DNA of 64,000 bases from Chiloscyllium plagiosum (GCF_004010195.1 NC_057719.1:82329953-82393952), one strand, 5' to 3'; positions 36,316-49,127 are shown, numbered from the stretch's first letter. A program made the numbers and translations. The notes: generated by a model from the sequence alone, not told the origin.

Positions 36316-37553
36316 GAGTGTGAAATTTTCCAGCAACAGCAATGATACAGTCTTGAAGTTATCGAGTCAACAGAGACTCTGAATCCGACAAACTGATGTC
36401 CTGCTCGAGTCGAGTAAATTAACAACAAGTGGAAACTCCCAAGCGCTACAGAAAGTAAAGTGGTCAGGATCGAACCGTCAAAGACTCAGCTGGTGGCGTT
36501 AAGAGTGTATTTGGCATTCTGACATTAAGCAATAGCCCAATCTTGAACAAAGAAAATAGAGTCAGTATTGAAATGGAGACAAGAAACAAAATGCTGAGCA
36601 CATTCTGTGTGAATCATCAAGAAATTAAGTCTCATCTGAGGAAGAGATTACAATGTTCTATCTTCAGCAATAAGACCAAAGACTTCATCTGCCAGTGCAG
36701 TGAACATCAAGTTAAAAAAACCTAAGCTAAGGCACTCATGACTCATGATGTTCCAGACAAACTATGGAAGAAGGATGAAGTTAATCCTTTCATTCTCACA
36801 GGAACTGTCACCATCAATTTACCATGCTGGGATTGAAAAACATCAATGACTGAAAGCAGACTTCAGTCATTACAGCAATCCAGACATTGTGATGAGTGAC
36901 AATGCCCCTCAATTCACAAATGGAGAATTCAGGTATTTTATAAATGCTTGGAAACTTCAGCATCACACATCATCTCTACACTACCCCAGTCAAAGTGAAA
37001 AGCTGAGGCAGCAGTAAAGACTGCCAAAGGGGAATCATTAAGAGCAGAAAAATCCAGCACAGAGGTGGACATGGCGTACTCCGCCAATAGCTAAAACTCA
37101 AAATCCAGAACTGATACAGGAGTGGGTGACAAAATCAAAGTGAAATGACAGAAAGCCAAATTTCACTTTGATAAAGGTGCCAAATCAGCACTGTAAGTTG
37201 GAGAGCAAGTCAGAATGCAAACATTTAATGGTCTTAATAAAATCTCCCCCCTCAGCAACTTGGGACCTGTGTAAAGAAGCTGTCATTTCCATTGTACACC
37301 GTGGAAAAGAACGACCAGGTATGTCATTGTAAGAACAGACTTTTGTGCAACTGGAGAGACCGCTGATGGGGAGGATGTGATTTCAACAATCACACCTTGA
37401 ACCGAATGAACATTAGTCCTGGCGGGCCAACACTTAATACACCAATGACATTCCATATAAAGACAAGATCACTGTCGGAATGGATGGACACCAGATGAAA
37501 AAGCAATAACAATTCAAGTTATATCACTAGATGCCCCAAACACTTTAAACATT

Positions 37554-37644
37554 GTTAAAAATCACACAACACCAGGTTATAGTCCAACAGGTTTAATTGG
37601 AAGCACCAGCTTTCTGAACGCTGCTCCTTCATCAGGTGGTTGTG
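37554..37644 (-). mobile_element. Penelope terminus insert with hammerhead core and 12-bp TSD
   Basis: actttaaacatt at 37542-37553 and 37645-37656; minus strand CTGATGAaGGAGC-agc-GTTCAGAAAGCT. Confidence 0.8.
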
Positions 37645-37769
37645 ACTTTAAACATTATGTGTGCAATGCATGTGTAGGGACAGACTACAATGCAAAAACT
37701 GTTTTCTGTACAGAGGTGATAGTCATTGTGGATCACACCCGAGCTTAGCTTGCAACTGCAAATTACAGT

Positions 37770-38078
37770 TCTTTTCATTCATGGGATGAAGGATGTTGTT
37801 GGACAGACCAATATTTATTACTTCATCCCAGAGACCAGTTAAAAGTCAATTGCATTTTTCTAGGTCATGTAGTCCAGACCAGGTAAGGACAGCAGTTTCC
37901 TTCCCTAAAGGACATTAGGGAAACAGATGGGCTTTCCTGACAATTGGCAATGATTTTATGAATACTATTGATTACAGATTTTTATTGAACTCAAATTCTA
38001 CCATCTGCCATGGTGGGACATGACCTGAGTTTCTGGATTAACAGCCCAGCAATGATACCACTAGGCCATGGCCTCCCC
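37770..38078 (-). mobile_element. tRNA-derived SINE, second family (also 54860-55172, 58680-58850, 60145-60490)
   Basis: Head ggggaggccatggcctagtggtatc on minus; shared body ccaggtaaggacagcagtttccttccctaaagg. Confidence 0.75.
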
Positions 38079-38399
38079 ATGGACGTTGGACAATGTTTGG
38101 CCATTATTTTACCTTAGTAGGAGAAGTGCCTTTGATGCTCCGCGCTTTGCTGTAGTGATTTGAATTTTGTCATCCATCATATATGGAAGGGGGTTGCAGG
38201 CACTCAGTATCAGGTCACTGGGATAGCTGTGAAACCAGTCTGGGGGAGGGTGGGGGTGCTAGCAGGAACAAGAACCTGCTGCCTTCTTTCAGAATGCGTG
38301 CTCCCACCTATGTCACTGCCAAATATTAATGGTCAGCCCATGCAGGGACAAGTGCAGTCTGAAGCCAGCTGACCTGGGCAGAGAGAGTTAGAATGATGC

Positions 38400-39620
38400 A
38401 CATTAAAATATAAGAAATAGGAACAGAAACAGGCTATTTTTGGGCCCTGGAGGCTTATCCACAATTCAGTAAGATCATGTTTCATAAAATCCCTACAAGT
38501 ATGGGAGCAGGCCAGTTAGTCCATCAAATCCACATTGACACTCTGAAGAGCATCGCACCCACACCCACTCCCTGGCCCTCTGTCACCTAGCCTGCACTGT
38601 AGGAAGAAATCCACGTACACACCGGAGAATGTGCAAACTTCACAGACACAATTACCTGAGGGTGGAATTACCCAGGTCCCCAGCGCTGTGAGGCAGCAGT
38701 GCCAACGACTGAACCACTGTGATCTAGCTGTGGGCACAACTCATTTTATCTATCTATTCCCTTGTTGATCAAATATGTCGAACTCAGTCTTGAGTATATT
38801 CAAAGTTCTGGCCTGCAGTGTTAATCTGGAGGTTTGGAGTTCATCCTCACCTCCATCTCAAAAGAAAGCCCTTTAATTCTGAAACTGGGGTTCCTAGTAA
38901 TAGATTCCCCAACAAGACGAGAGACAGTCACAGCATCTATGCCCTTAGAATCATTTCTGTTTCAACAAGATCTTTTTTCTAAACCCCAACCCGCAGTAGC
39001 TTTCCTCATAAGACAATCCCTTTACCCCAGGAATCAACCTCAGTGAACTTTCACTGAACTGTCTTGAAATGTGAGGACAGTGCTCCTTAAATATTGCTCC
39101 ATAGACAGTGCTCTGGGTGGGATCTAATTATGCTGCCTACTTTTGGAGCAAGAATTCCCTACTTTTACACTCCAACCTCCACTGCAGTAAAGCCCAGCAT
39201 CACATCTGCTCTGATAATTATTTGCTGCACTTAGAACTCTCTTATGATTCAGACGCTGATCCATCTGTATTGCATTCTGTCGTCTCTCTCTCTCTCTCGA
39301 TTTAAATAAGTCTTTTTTTTATTCTTCCTTCTGAGTGGACAACCTCACATTTTCCCAGATCATAATCCATCCCACTCCCTCAACCCATGTAGATCCCTGT
39401 GCAGGTGCTTCCACCTGTATCTTTATATCATCAGTAAGTTTGGCTACAATACAGATGGCCCCGTTTACTATGGGTTGTAAAGGATTTAAGGCACCACCAC
39501 TGATCCGACTGATCCCATGGGTTTGCCGATCCAAAATGTATCCATTTACTCCAACTCTCTTTTCCCTGTCAGTGCGTTAGTTCCCTGCCCATGTTAAAGC
39601 ATCATCCCCAAAACCATGAG
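38400..39620 (-). mobile_element. Old CR1 fragment with nested HE1 SINE (38480-38725)
   Basis: IVAKLTDDIKI (RT C motif, ORF 39319-39534); SINE body on minus. Confidence 0.65.
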
Positions 39621-40265
39621 CTCCTAATATAAGCCGAAAGAGTCAGAATAAGACTGTTATAGCGTGTAATGCCTCAATCTAAAACACTTCAAAACTGACC
39701 TGCCTCTGCCTCAGGTTATTCCCTTACAGACATCTAATGATACTAATAAGGTACAATAAACCTTCATTTGGTTATAACCTTCCATATTTCACATCAAACC
39801 AGTCGATACTTAGCGAAGATTATACCTGATCTAACACTGTCAGAAATAGAATCCCATGAAATACAGCAAGAAGCAATTTCTGTATGATGCCTCCTAGGTT
39901 TTTAACTGAATTCATAAGATAAATAATAGTCCTACTCAAGCAAGCCACCTTTTCAATGTTTAAATTCAAAAAACAAAGCAGTGTTCTGTACATGATTAAT
40001 AACTATTCATTTTACTTGTTACTGTGATAAATTAGAAAGCTGTCCACAGACCTGTGGGGAGTTGCCAACAATTTCAGAAAAAAGTGTTCCTGATGTGATT
40101 CACTGAATTCGGTCCCCGGGGTGAGGAGATAGCTACAAGGTCCAGGAGAGCATCCAGGGGCTGCTCGAGAGTACTGGATCAGGGTTAGACTGAGGCTGCA
40201 GAAAGTGTCAGAGCCACATCTTCCACCGAGCTCACACAACTGACAGGTCCCTCAACTCCCCCTGC

Positions 40266-40532
40266 ATGTGTAACTGGAGTCTGTTTTGTGCAGAATGTGG
40301 AACTGGAATCTGTCTGACACATTATTTGGAACTGGAGTGGAATTTAATACAGAATGTGGAGCTGGAATCTGCCGAACACATTATTTGGAACCGGAGTGGG
40401 TTTGCTACAGAATGTGAAACTGGAGTGGGAATTTTGCAAAAATATGGGTCAGATTGCTGCAGAATGTGGAATTGAAGATGGCGAGGTACAGGATGTGGAA
40501 ATGGAATTAGCTTGATTTAGAATGTGGAGCTA
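40266..40532 (+). repeat. Degenerate 29-30-bp minisatellite (tgtggaactggartc/g..), with an inverted copy at 42113-42226
   Basis: Units at 40296, 40325, 40355, 40384, 40413; reverse-complement units at 42124, 42153, 42182, 42211. Confidence 0.8.
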
Positions 40533-40544
40533 ATGTTAACCAGA

Positions 40545-41375
40545 TTGATACAGCTCTTGCGAAGGTGGTGACAAGCTGCTTTCTTAAACCGCTGCAGTCC
40601 ACATGTTGTGGGTTGATCCACAATGCCATTAGGGAGAGAGTACCAGGGTTTTGATACCGTGATAATGAAGGTGCAGCGATATATTTCCAAGTCAGGATGA
40701 TCAATGGCTTTGAGGGGAACTTGCAGGTGGAAGTGTTCCCAAACATCTGCTGCCCTTCTCCTTCTCGATGGAAGTGATCGTGGGTGTGGAAGGTGCTGCC
40801 TGAGGATCTTTGGTGAATTTCAGCAGTGCATCTTGTAGGTTGCACATGCTGCTACTTCAAAACCTGGATGGTGGAAGGGAGTGAATATTTGTGGCATGGT
40901 GCCAATCAAGCAGGCTGCTTTGACTTGGATGGTGTTACGTTTCTTAAGTGTTGTTTGAGCTTCCCCCATCCAGGAAAGTGGGGAGTATTCCATCACACTC
41001 CTGACTTGTGCCTTGTAGATGGTGGATAGGCTTTGGAGAGTCAGCAGGTGATTTGCTTGCAACAGTATTCCTAGCCTCTGACCTGCTCTTGTAGCCATTC
41101 TGTTTGTGTGGTGAATCCAGTTGAGTTTCTGGTTAGCGATAACCCCTAGGATGTTGTCAGTGGGGGATACAGCGACGGTAACATCCTTGAATGTCAAGGG
41201 GTGGTGGTTAGATGGTCTCTTATTGGAGATGGTCATTGCCTGGCATTTGTGTGGCACACATGTTAATTACCACTTGTCAGTCTAAGCCTGGAACTTGTCC
41301 AGACCCTATTACATTTGAACATGTACTGCTTTGGTATCTGAAGAGTTGTGAATGGTGCTGAATATTGTGCAAACA
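40545..41375 (-). mobile_element. L2/Crack-like (CR1-group) LINE 3' part; a second piece at 41725-42110
   Basis: ORF 40820-41257 PHKCQAMTIS..ILGV..KLNW..YKAQVRSVMEYSPLSW. Confidence 0.85.
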
Positions 41376-42227
41376 TCCACACATTGTCAATTGTCAGTTG
41401 TTATATACCGGGATAAATGAAGCTTGTTAACAATTTTAGTGACAATGGGAATCGACTGACAGAGGTCTATACTTCAGACTCCCTCAGGGAAACCTCAGCC
41501 CTCTTCAAATTCGACTACACTTGGCAGCAGTGTTAAAAAGTGGGCAGTCACTACGACTGGCAACATTGTGAATTCCATCTGTCTCAAGCTGCAGGAACGA
41601 ACGAAATTCTCAACCCTGAAAAGATAAAGGCTTCTCAACACGTTCCAATATTCAGAAGTGCAATGTTTACAATCAGTGGCATATCATACATGAGCATATC
41701 TCACTGTTCAGGAAGTTTTGTTTTATTCTGCTGTGGGATATGGGCTTCAGTGGTCAGACCAGCATTTTTCATCCATCCCTAACTGCCCCCGAGAGGATGG
41801 CGATGAATCATCTTAATGAACTGATGCAACACATTTGTTAAACGCAGCCCGAGTGTTGGTTCAGAATAGAGCTCCAGGACTTTGACCCAGCATCACTGGA
41901 GGAACGGTGATAAAGTAGCAAATTGGGAAGATGTGTGGTTTCAAGGGCAATCTGCAGGCGGCGGTGTTCTCATGTATCTTCTGCCCTTGACTTTTTAAAT
42001 GGAATAGGCTTGGAAGATGCTGTGGGAGGAGTTTTGGCGAGTGCATCGGGTATATAGTACACACTACACACCAGTAGTGGAGGGAGTGAATGTTTATGAT
42101 GGTGGATGATGCATTCAAACCTATTCCAGTTCCACATTCTGCATCAATCTGACTCCAGTTCCAAATTCTGTATCAGTCAGAGTCCAGTTCCATATTCAGC
42201 ATCAAACCCACTCCAGTTTTACATTCT

Positions 42228-43600
42228 TAGAGTCGCAGAATTATTCCAGTACAGAAGAAGCTATTCGGTCCATCGCTTCTGCCCCACTATCCAACAAGCA
42301 CTATGACTTAAGAGTCTCCCTTGAGAGTCTCCTCCCTTAACCCAACAAATTGCTTCTAATCAAATAATACTCCAATGCCTTGATTGAGCCTGCCCCCTTC
42401 ACATTTCCAGGCAGTGTCTTCCCGATCTGACCGACTTATTGTGTGAAAAAGATTTTTCTTACTTCACACTGCTATAGGAAGGATGTTGTGAAACTTGAAA
42501 GGGTTCAGAAAAGATTTACAAGGATAGTGCCAAGAATTGAGGGTTTGGCCAAAAGGAGAGACTGGATAGGCCGGGGCTATTTTCCCTGGAGCGTTACAGG
42601 CTGAGGGGTGGCCTTATAGAAGTTTATAAAATCATGAGTGGCATAGATAGGGTGCATTGCTAAGCTCTTTTCCCCAAGGTGGGGGGTCCAAAACTAGAGT
42701 GCAGAGGTTTAAGGTAAGAAGGGAAAGATTTAAAAAGGACCTAACAGACAACTTTTTCAGGCAGAGGATGGTGCCTGTATGGAATGAGCTCCAGAAGAAA
42801 TGATGAAGGCTGATACAATTACAGCATTCAAAAAGTGTCTGGATAGATATATGAATTGGAAGTGTTTAGAGGGATATAGGCCAAATTCTAACAAATGGGA
42901 CTAGATTTATTTAGGATACCTGGTCGGCATGGATGAGTTGGACCGAAGGGTCTGTTTCCATGCTGTATATCTCTATGTCTCTGTAACTCTATATTTTCTA
43001 CCTTTGCAAATTACTTTAAATCTGCGCCATCTTGTTCCCAATTCTTTAGCAAATGGAAAGTTTCTTTCTATCTACTTGATTCACATGCCTCATGATCTTG
43101 AAAACTTGTATCAAATCACCTCTTAGCCTTTTTCTTTCCAGGGAGAACAACTGAAGTTTCTCATCCCCAGAATCCTTCTCCCATAAGTCTGTTCTTCACT
43201 CTCGTCAATGTATTCACATACTTCTTATAACTGTACACAATACTCCGGCTGAAGTCTAACAAATGTCTTGTACAAGTTCAACATCATCTCTTTGTTCTTG
43301 TACTCTATTCCCCTTTTAGCAAAGCCAAGGACCACATATCCTTTATTAAATCCTGTATCTGGTTCTCCTGCCACCTTTAGTAATCTTTATACATATATAC
43401 CCAGATCCTTCTGACCCCTATTCCCCTGAGTATTGCATCCCTACTTTACATTATCTGTCCATGTTCTTTCTACCAAAATATATCACCTCACTTTTCATGC
43501 ATTGAACTTCATCTACCACCTATCTGTCCACCCCACCAACTTGTCTATGTCCTTTTGTCAATGTCTTAACTTTCAGATTTCATATCATCTGCAAACAAGG
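42228..43600. mobile_element. Old CR1 (-) with a younger CR1 3' end (+, 42468-42990) inserted
   Basis: ISLFADDMK on minus at about 43575-43605; the plus piece matches 100-620. Confidence 0.8.
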
Positions 43601-45156
43601 AAATGATGCCAGGTAGGTTCAGTGCCAGTGGGAGAATATTTGGGAGACAGTGATCATTGTAAGGTTTAGAATGCAAAGTCCTCCTTACTTGTGCCAAAAT
43701 CTGGAGAGCTGATTCACAGAGTAACATTGTCATACTCACAGGATCATACCTTACAGACAACTTCCCAGGCACTACCATCACCATGCCTGGATATGTCCTC
43801 TCCCACCAGCAGAAGAGACCCAACCTGAGGGTAGCACAATGGTTCAGTGGTTAGCACTATTGCCTCACAATGCCAAGGACCCAAGTTCAATCCCACCCTC
43901 GGGCAACTGTCTGTGTGGAATTTAAATGTTCTCCCTCTGCCTGCATGGGTTTCTGTTGGGTGCTCTGATTTCTCCCACTGTCCAAGGATATGCAGGTTAG
44001 GTGGATTGGAAATGCTAAATAGCCATGTAGTCAGTAGGGATGTGAAAGCTAGTGGGTCACCATGGGAAATGCAGGATTACAGGGATAGGGGGGGGTGTAA
44101 GTCTGGGTGGGATGTTTGTCAAAGGGTTGGTGCAAACTCAATGAGCCAAATAGCCTCTTTCTGCACTGTAGGGATTCAACATGGTAGAACAGTGATATAC
44201 ACAGTCCAAAGAAGTGCTAACTAGGTGGTGTGGCCATGCTAAATTACGCATAGTGTTCAGGGGTGTCTAGATTGGTGCATTAGCGATGGGAAATGCAGGG
44301 TTACAGGGATCAGGTGGGGGAAAGGGTCTAGGTGCGGATTTATTGGGTCAAATGTGCTGTTTCTACACTTTCGGGATTCTATTCTAAAGTTGAGAGGGAG
44401 TTGTCCTCAACATTGACTCCAGACCCCATGGAGTCTCATGGCTTCAGGCTAAACCTGGGCAAGGAAACTTCTTGCTAATCACCAGGTATCATCCACGCTC
44501 GGCTGATGGAAGTCATATAGCTTGGAAACAGACCCTTCAGTCCAACCAGTCCACGTCGACCATGGTACCAAATGAAACTAGTCCCAACTTTCTGCGCTTG
44601 GCCCATATCCCTCCAAAACTTTCATATTCATGTACTTATCCAAATGTCTTTTAAACATTGTAACTGAGCCTGCATCGACCAGTCCCTCTGGCAGTTCATT
44701 CCACAAACAATCCACTCTCGTGTAAAAAAGGTTGCTCCTCATGTCCTTTTTAAAATCTTTCTCCTCTCACCTTAAAAATATGCCCCTTAGTTTTGAACTC
44801 TCCGACCATAGGGAAAAGACCTTTGCTATTCACCTTATACACCTCATGATTTTATAAACCTCTGTAAGGTCACCCCTCAACCTCCTACACTCTCGTGAAA
44901 AAAGTCTCAGTCTATTTTTGTGACTCAAACCCTCCAGTCCCAGCAACATCCTGGTAAATCTTTTTCTGAACCCTCCCCAATTTAATAATATCCTTTCTAT
45001 AACTGAGCGACCAGAACTGAACACAGTACTCCAGAAGGGGAGTCTTACCAACGTCTTGTATAACCTCAACATGACTTCCCAACTCCTATACTCAAGGGTC
45101 TGAGCAATGAAGGCAAGTGTGCTAACTACCTTCTTAACCACCCTGTCTACCTGTGA

Positions 45157-45248
45157 GCTGAAAATGTGTTGCTGGAAAAGCGCAGCAGGTCAGGCAGCAT
45201 CCAGGGAACAGGAGAATCGACGTTTCGGGCATAAGCCCTTCTTCAGGA
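45157..45248 (-). mobile_element. Penelope terminus insert with intact hammerhead core and 8-bp TSD
   Basis: acctgtga at 45149-45156 and 45249-45256. Confidence 0.85.
45219..45246 (-). ncRNA. Minimal type I hammerhead ribozyme motif
   Basis: CUGAAGA A GGGC UUAU GCCC GAAA C GUC: all catalytic-core nucleotides, 4-bp stem II, palindromic ACGU in place of helix III, GUC cleavage triplet. Confidence 0.75.
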
Positions 45249-46354
45249 ACCTGTGATGCAAACCTCAAAGAATTAAGTATCTGAACTCGTAGGTCTATTT
45301 GTTCTAGCACACACCCCAGAGCCCTACCATTAACTGTATAAGTCCTGCCCTTGATTGTTTTACCAAAAAATATTACCTCAAAATTTATCCAAATTAAACT
45401 CCATTTGCTACTCCTCAGCCCATTGACTCAATTGATCAAGATCTCTTTATAAGCTTAGATATCCTTCTTCACTGTCCACGGTGCCACCAAATTTGGTGTC
45501 ATCCACAAACTTACTAACCTTGCCTCTTACATTCTCCTCCAAATCATTTATATAAATGACAAACAAAAGTGGACCCAGGCCCAATCGCTGATCACAGGCT
45601 TCCAGTTTGAAAACTAACCTTCCACCATCACCCACTGCTTCCTAACTTCAAGCCAATATTGTATCCAATTGGAAACCTCACCCTGAATCCCATGTGATCT
45701 AACTTTACTAATTAGTCTACCATGTAGAACCTTGTCAAAGGCTTTACTAAAGTCCAAGTAAAGTCCAAGTCTACCATTCTGCCTTCATCAATCGTTTTGG
45801 TTATGTCATTAAGAACCCTAATCAAGGTGGTGAGACATGATTTTCCTTGCTCAAAACTGTGCTGACTATTTTTAATCAATCCTTGTCTCTCCAATTACAT
45901 GTAAAACTTAACTTTCAGATTCACTTCCAACAACTTTCCCATCACTGATGTCAGACTCAATAAATGAGTCAGTATTCCTCCAATTTGAACAACACTTGGG
46001 GGAAGCATTGAGTGTGGCAAGGGCTCAAAATATACTCTGGGTGGGGGTTTTCAATGTCCACCACCAAGAGTGGCTCAGCAGCAGCAGTACTGATTGAGCT
46101 GGTCAGGTCCTAAAGGACATTGCTGTTAGACTCGATCTGTAGTAGGTGCTGAGGGAACCAACAAGAGGGAAAAAACATATTTAACTTCATTCTTACCAAT
46201 CTGTTGGTTCCAGATTCAAGTGTCCATGACAGTATCAATAAGTGTGACCATTACACAGTCCTTGTGGAGATAAAGTCTTGCCTTTACGTTGAGAATATCC
46301 TCCATTGTGTTGTATGGCACTATCACCGTGCAAAATGGGATAGACTCTGAATAC

Positions 46355-46525
46355 TTTGAGGAGAAAGTGAGGTCTGCAGATGCTGGAGATCAGAGCTGAA
46401 AATGTGTTGCTGGAAAAGCGCAGCAGGTCAGGCAGCATCCAGGGAACAGGAGAATCGACGTTTCGGGCATCCTTATCCTGGATGCTGCCTGACCTGCTGC
46501 GCTTTTCCAGCAACACATTTTCAGC
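46355..46525. mobile_element. Penelope fold-back insert with 14-bp TSD
   Basis: tagactctgaatac at 46341-46354 and 46526-46539; near-perfect ~50-bp arms. Confidence 0.85.
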
Positions 46526-46798
46526 TAGACTCTGAATACATATAGCAACTCAAGACTGGGCATCCTTGAGGTGCTGAGGACCATCAACAGCAGCAGAATT
46601 GTACTCCAGCACAATCAGCATCCAGGGAACAGGAGAATCGACGTTTCGGGCATCCTTATCCTGGATGCTGCCTGACCTGCTGCGCTTTTCCAGCAACACA
46701 TTTTCAGCTAGACTCTGAATACATCTAGCAACTCAAGACTAGGCATCCTTGAGGTGCTGAGGACCATCAACAGCAGCGGAATTGTACTCCAGCACAAT
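46433..46798 (+). repeat. 183-bp tandem duplication
   Basis: 46433-46615 and 46616-46798; three substitutions seen. Confidence 0.9.
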
Positions 46799-47989
46799 CT
46801 GCAACTTCATGGCTTGGCATATCTCCCACTCAACCATTACCATCAAGACAGGGGATCAACCCTGGTTCAATGGAGAATGCAGGAGAATCTGCCGGGAGCA
46901 GCACCAGGCATACCTGAAGATGAGATGTCAACCTGGTGAAGCCACCAAACAGGACTACTTACAAGCCAAACACCATAACCAGCAAGTGATAAGTAGAGCT
47001 AAGTGATCCCATAAGCAATGGATCAGATCTAAACTCTGCAGTCCTGCCACATCTGGACATTTATGGTGGGGGACAATTAAACAACTCGCTGGAGGAGGAG
47101 ACTCCACAAATATCCCCATCCTCAACAATGGAAGAGCCCGCCACATCAGTGTAAAAGATAAGGCTGAAGCATTTATAGCACCCTTCAGCCAGAAGTGCTG
47201 GGATGGTCTATCTTGCCTTCTTCCAGTGGTCTCAGCATCACAGATACCAGTCGTCAGCAACTTTGATTCACTCCAGGTATGTCCCGTACATTAAAAGCAG
47301 GACAAGTTCAACACAGCCAATTACCACACAATCAGTTTACACTTGAACATCAATAAAGTGATGGAGGTGTCGTCAGTAGGGCTATTAGGTAGCACCTGCT
47401 GAGCAATAACCTGCTCAGTGACTCCCAGTTTGGGTTCTGCCAGGGCCACTCAGCTCCTGACCTCATTACAGCCTTGGTTCAAACATGGACAAATGAGCTG
47501 AATTCCAGAGGGGAGGGGAGGTGAGAGTGACAGCCTTTGACATCAAGGCTGCATTCAAGCACGTGTAGCATCAAGGAGCCCTAGCAGAATTGGAATCAAC
47601 GGGTATCAGGAGCAAACTCTCCAGTGGTTGAAGTCATACCTGGCTCATAGGAAGATGGTCGTGCCTGTTGGAGGTCAGTCACCTCAACTCCAGGACATCC
47701 CACAGGGTAGGCCCCTTTTCATTAACCTGTTCAGGGAAGGTGTGACGCACGTCTGTGGCAGGTATGGACTTGAACTCGGGCCACCTAGATAAGAGGTAGG
47801 GACACTACCAACACAAGAGCCCATGAAGGACTCTCCTTCTCAACCTCGCCCCTTGCCTGAGTTATGGTGACCCTCAGGTTAAACCGCTACCAGTTGTCTC
47901 TCTCTCTCTCCATTTCTAGTGAGAGAATAGCCCTGTGATCCTCTGAGACTATGGCAATGACTTTTGCCTTTCCATTTTTTACACCCTTT

Positions 47990-48380
47990 GGGATTAGATT
48001 ACATTAGAATTCCTACAGTGTGCAAACAGGCCATTCGGCCAAACAATTCCACACCAACCCTCCGAAGAGTAACCCACCCAGACCCATTTCCCTCTGACTA
48101 CTGCACCTAACACTGTGGGCAATTTAGCATGGCCAATTCACCTGATCTGCATATCTTTGGACTGTGGGAGGAAACCCACACAGACACAGGGCGAATGTGA
48201 AAACTCCACACAGATAGTCACCCAAGGCTGGAATCAAACCTGGGACCCTGTGAGGCAGCAGTGCTAACCACTGAGCCACTGCGCCGCCCTATAAAGACAG
48301 TCACCCGAGGCTGGAATTGAACCCAGGTCCTTGGTGCTGTGAGGCAGCAATGCTAACCACTGAGCCACCGTGCCACCCTA
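47990..48380 (-). mobile_element. HE1 SINE with a second tRNA head in tandem
   Basis: Two copies of gtcaccc..ggctggaat..gaggcagca.tgctaaccactgagccac. Confidence 0.85.
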
Positions 48381-49127
48381 GTTCTCTTCACTACAGAAAG
48401 AGAAGCCTGAGAGATATGGCCTAATGGAGGTCTTTAAAAGTATGAAAGGTTTTGGTAGCGTTAACATTTAACAAGAAGAAAGAGCAAAGCCAGAAGCCAA
48501 TGATGCAAGATAGTCATGAAGAACTCAATAGGACAGTAGAAGGAAATTTTATACTGGGAGAGCAGTGAGAATGTGGAATGTACTACCACAGGGAGTGATT
48601 AAAGAGAATGGTATGGATACGTTTAGAGGGGAGCCAGGGAGTTATCGAGCCAGAGGAGGTTATGTGGAGAGCTGAGGACAAGGAAGGGTTGACAAACAAG
48701 GATGCAAATTTAAATCAAGCCATCAACAGGTCAAGATCTTTGAAAGTTGCCACTCAGGTGGATAGAGCTTGTAAGAAGGCCTATGGTGTATTAGCATTCA
48801 TGGTTTTTAAGATGATCAGGGGAATAGATAGAGTAGACAGTCAGAAACTTTGTCCCCGGGTACAACAGAGTGTTACAAGGGGACATAAGTTTAAGGTGAA
48901 GAGTGGAAGGTATAGGGGGGATGTCAGGGGTAGGTTCTTTACCCAGAGAGTGGTGGGGCATGGAATGCGCTGCCTGTGGGAGTGGCAGAGTCAGAATCTT
49001 TGGTGACCTTTAAGCGGCAATTGGATAGGTACATGGATGGGTGCTTAAGCTAGGACAAATGTTTGGCACAACATCGTGGGCCGAAGGGCCTGTTCTGTGC
49101 TGTATTGTTCTAGGTTCTATGTTCTAT
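48380..49127 (+). mobile_element. CR1 fragments (old copy plus a younger ctatgtt-tail family, about 48720-49127)
   Basis: VFKMIRGIDRVD..TRGHKFKV..RGRFFTQRVV. Confidence 0.8.

Larger units (their letters stand above)
34680..37350 (+). mobile_element. Ty3/Gypsy LTR retrotransposon pol fossil (RT-RNaseH-integrase), interrupted by SINEs
   Basis: VMDA..Y, LFDAPIALENYQ, VEVIMDDLLV (34815-34844), INLKLNK, EQKAAFTHIKKLVMTTPVLR, SDHKLL; integrase NPDIVMSDNAPQF..HTSSLHYPQS..AEAAVKTAK (36853-37030). RT-RH-IN order indicates Gypsy. Confidence 0.88.
43690..47705 (+). mobile_element. L2/Crack-like LINE ORF2 (APE-RT) split by nested HE1 SINEs (43830-44385), a CR1 (44512-45960, minus) and Penelope inserts
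   Basis: GYVLSHQQ.R, WVG.FNVH, GDQPWFNGEC, QFGFCQGHSAPD, FDIKAAF continue across the insertions. Confidence 0.8.
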
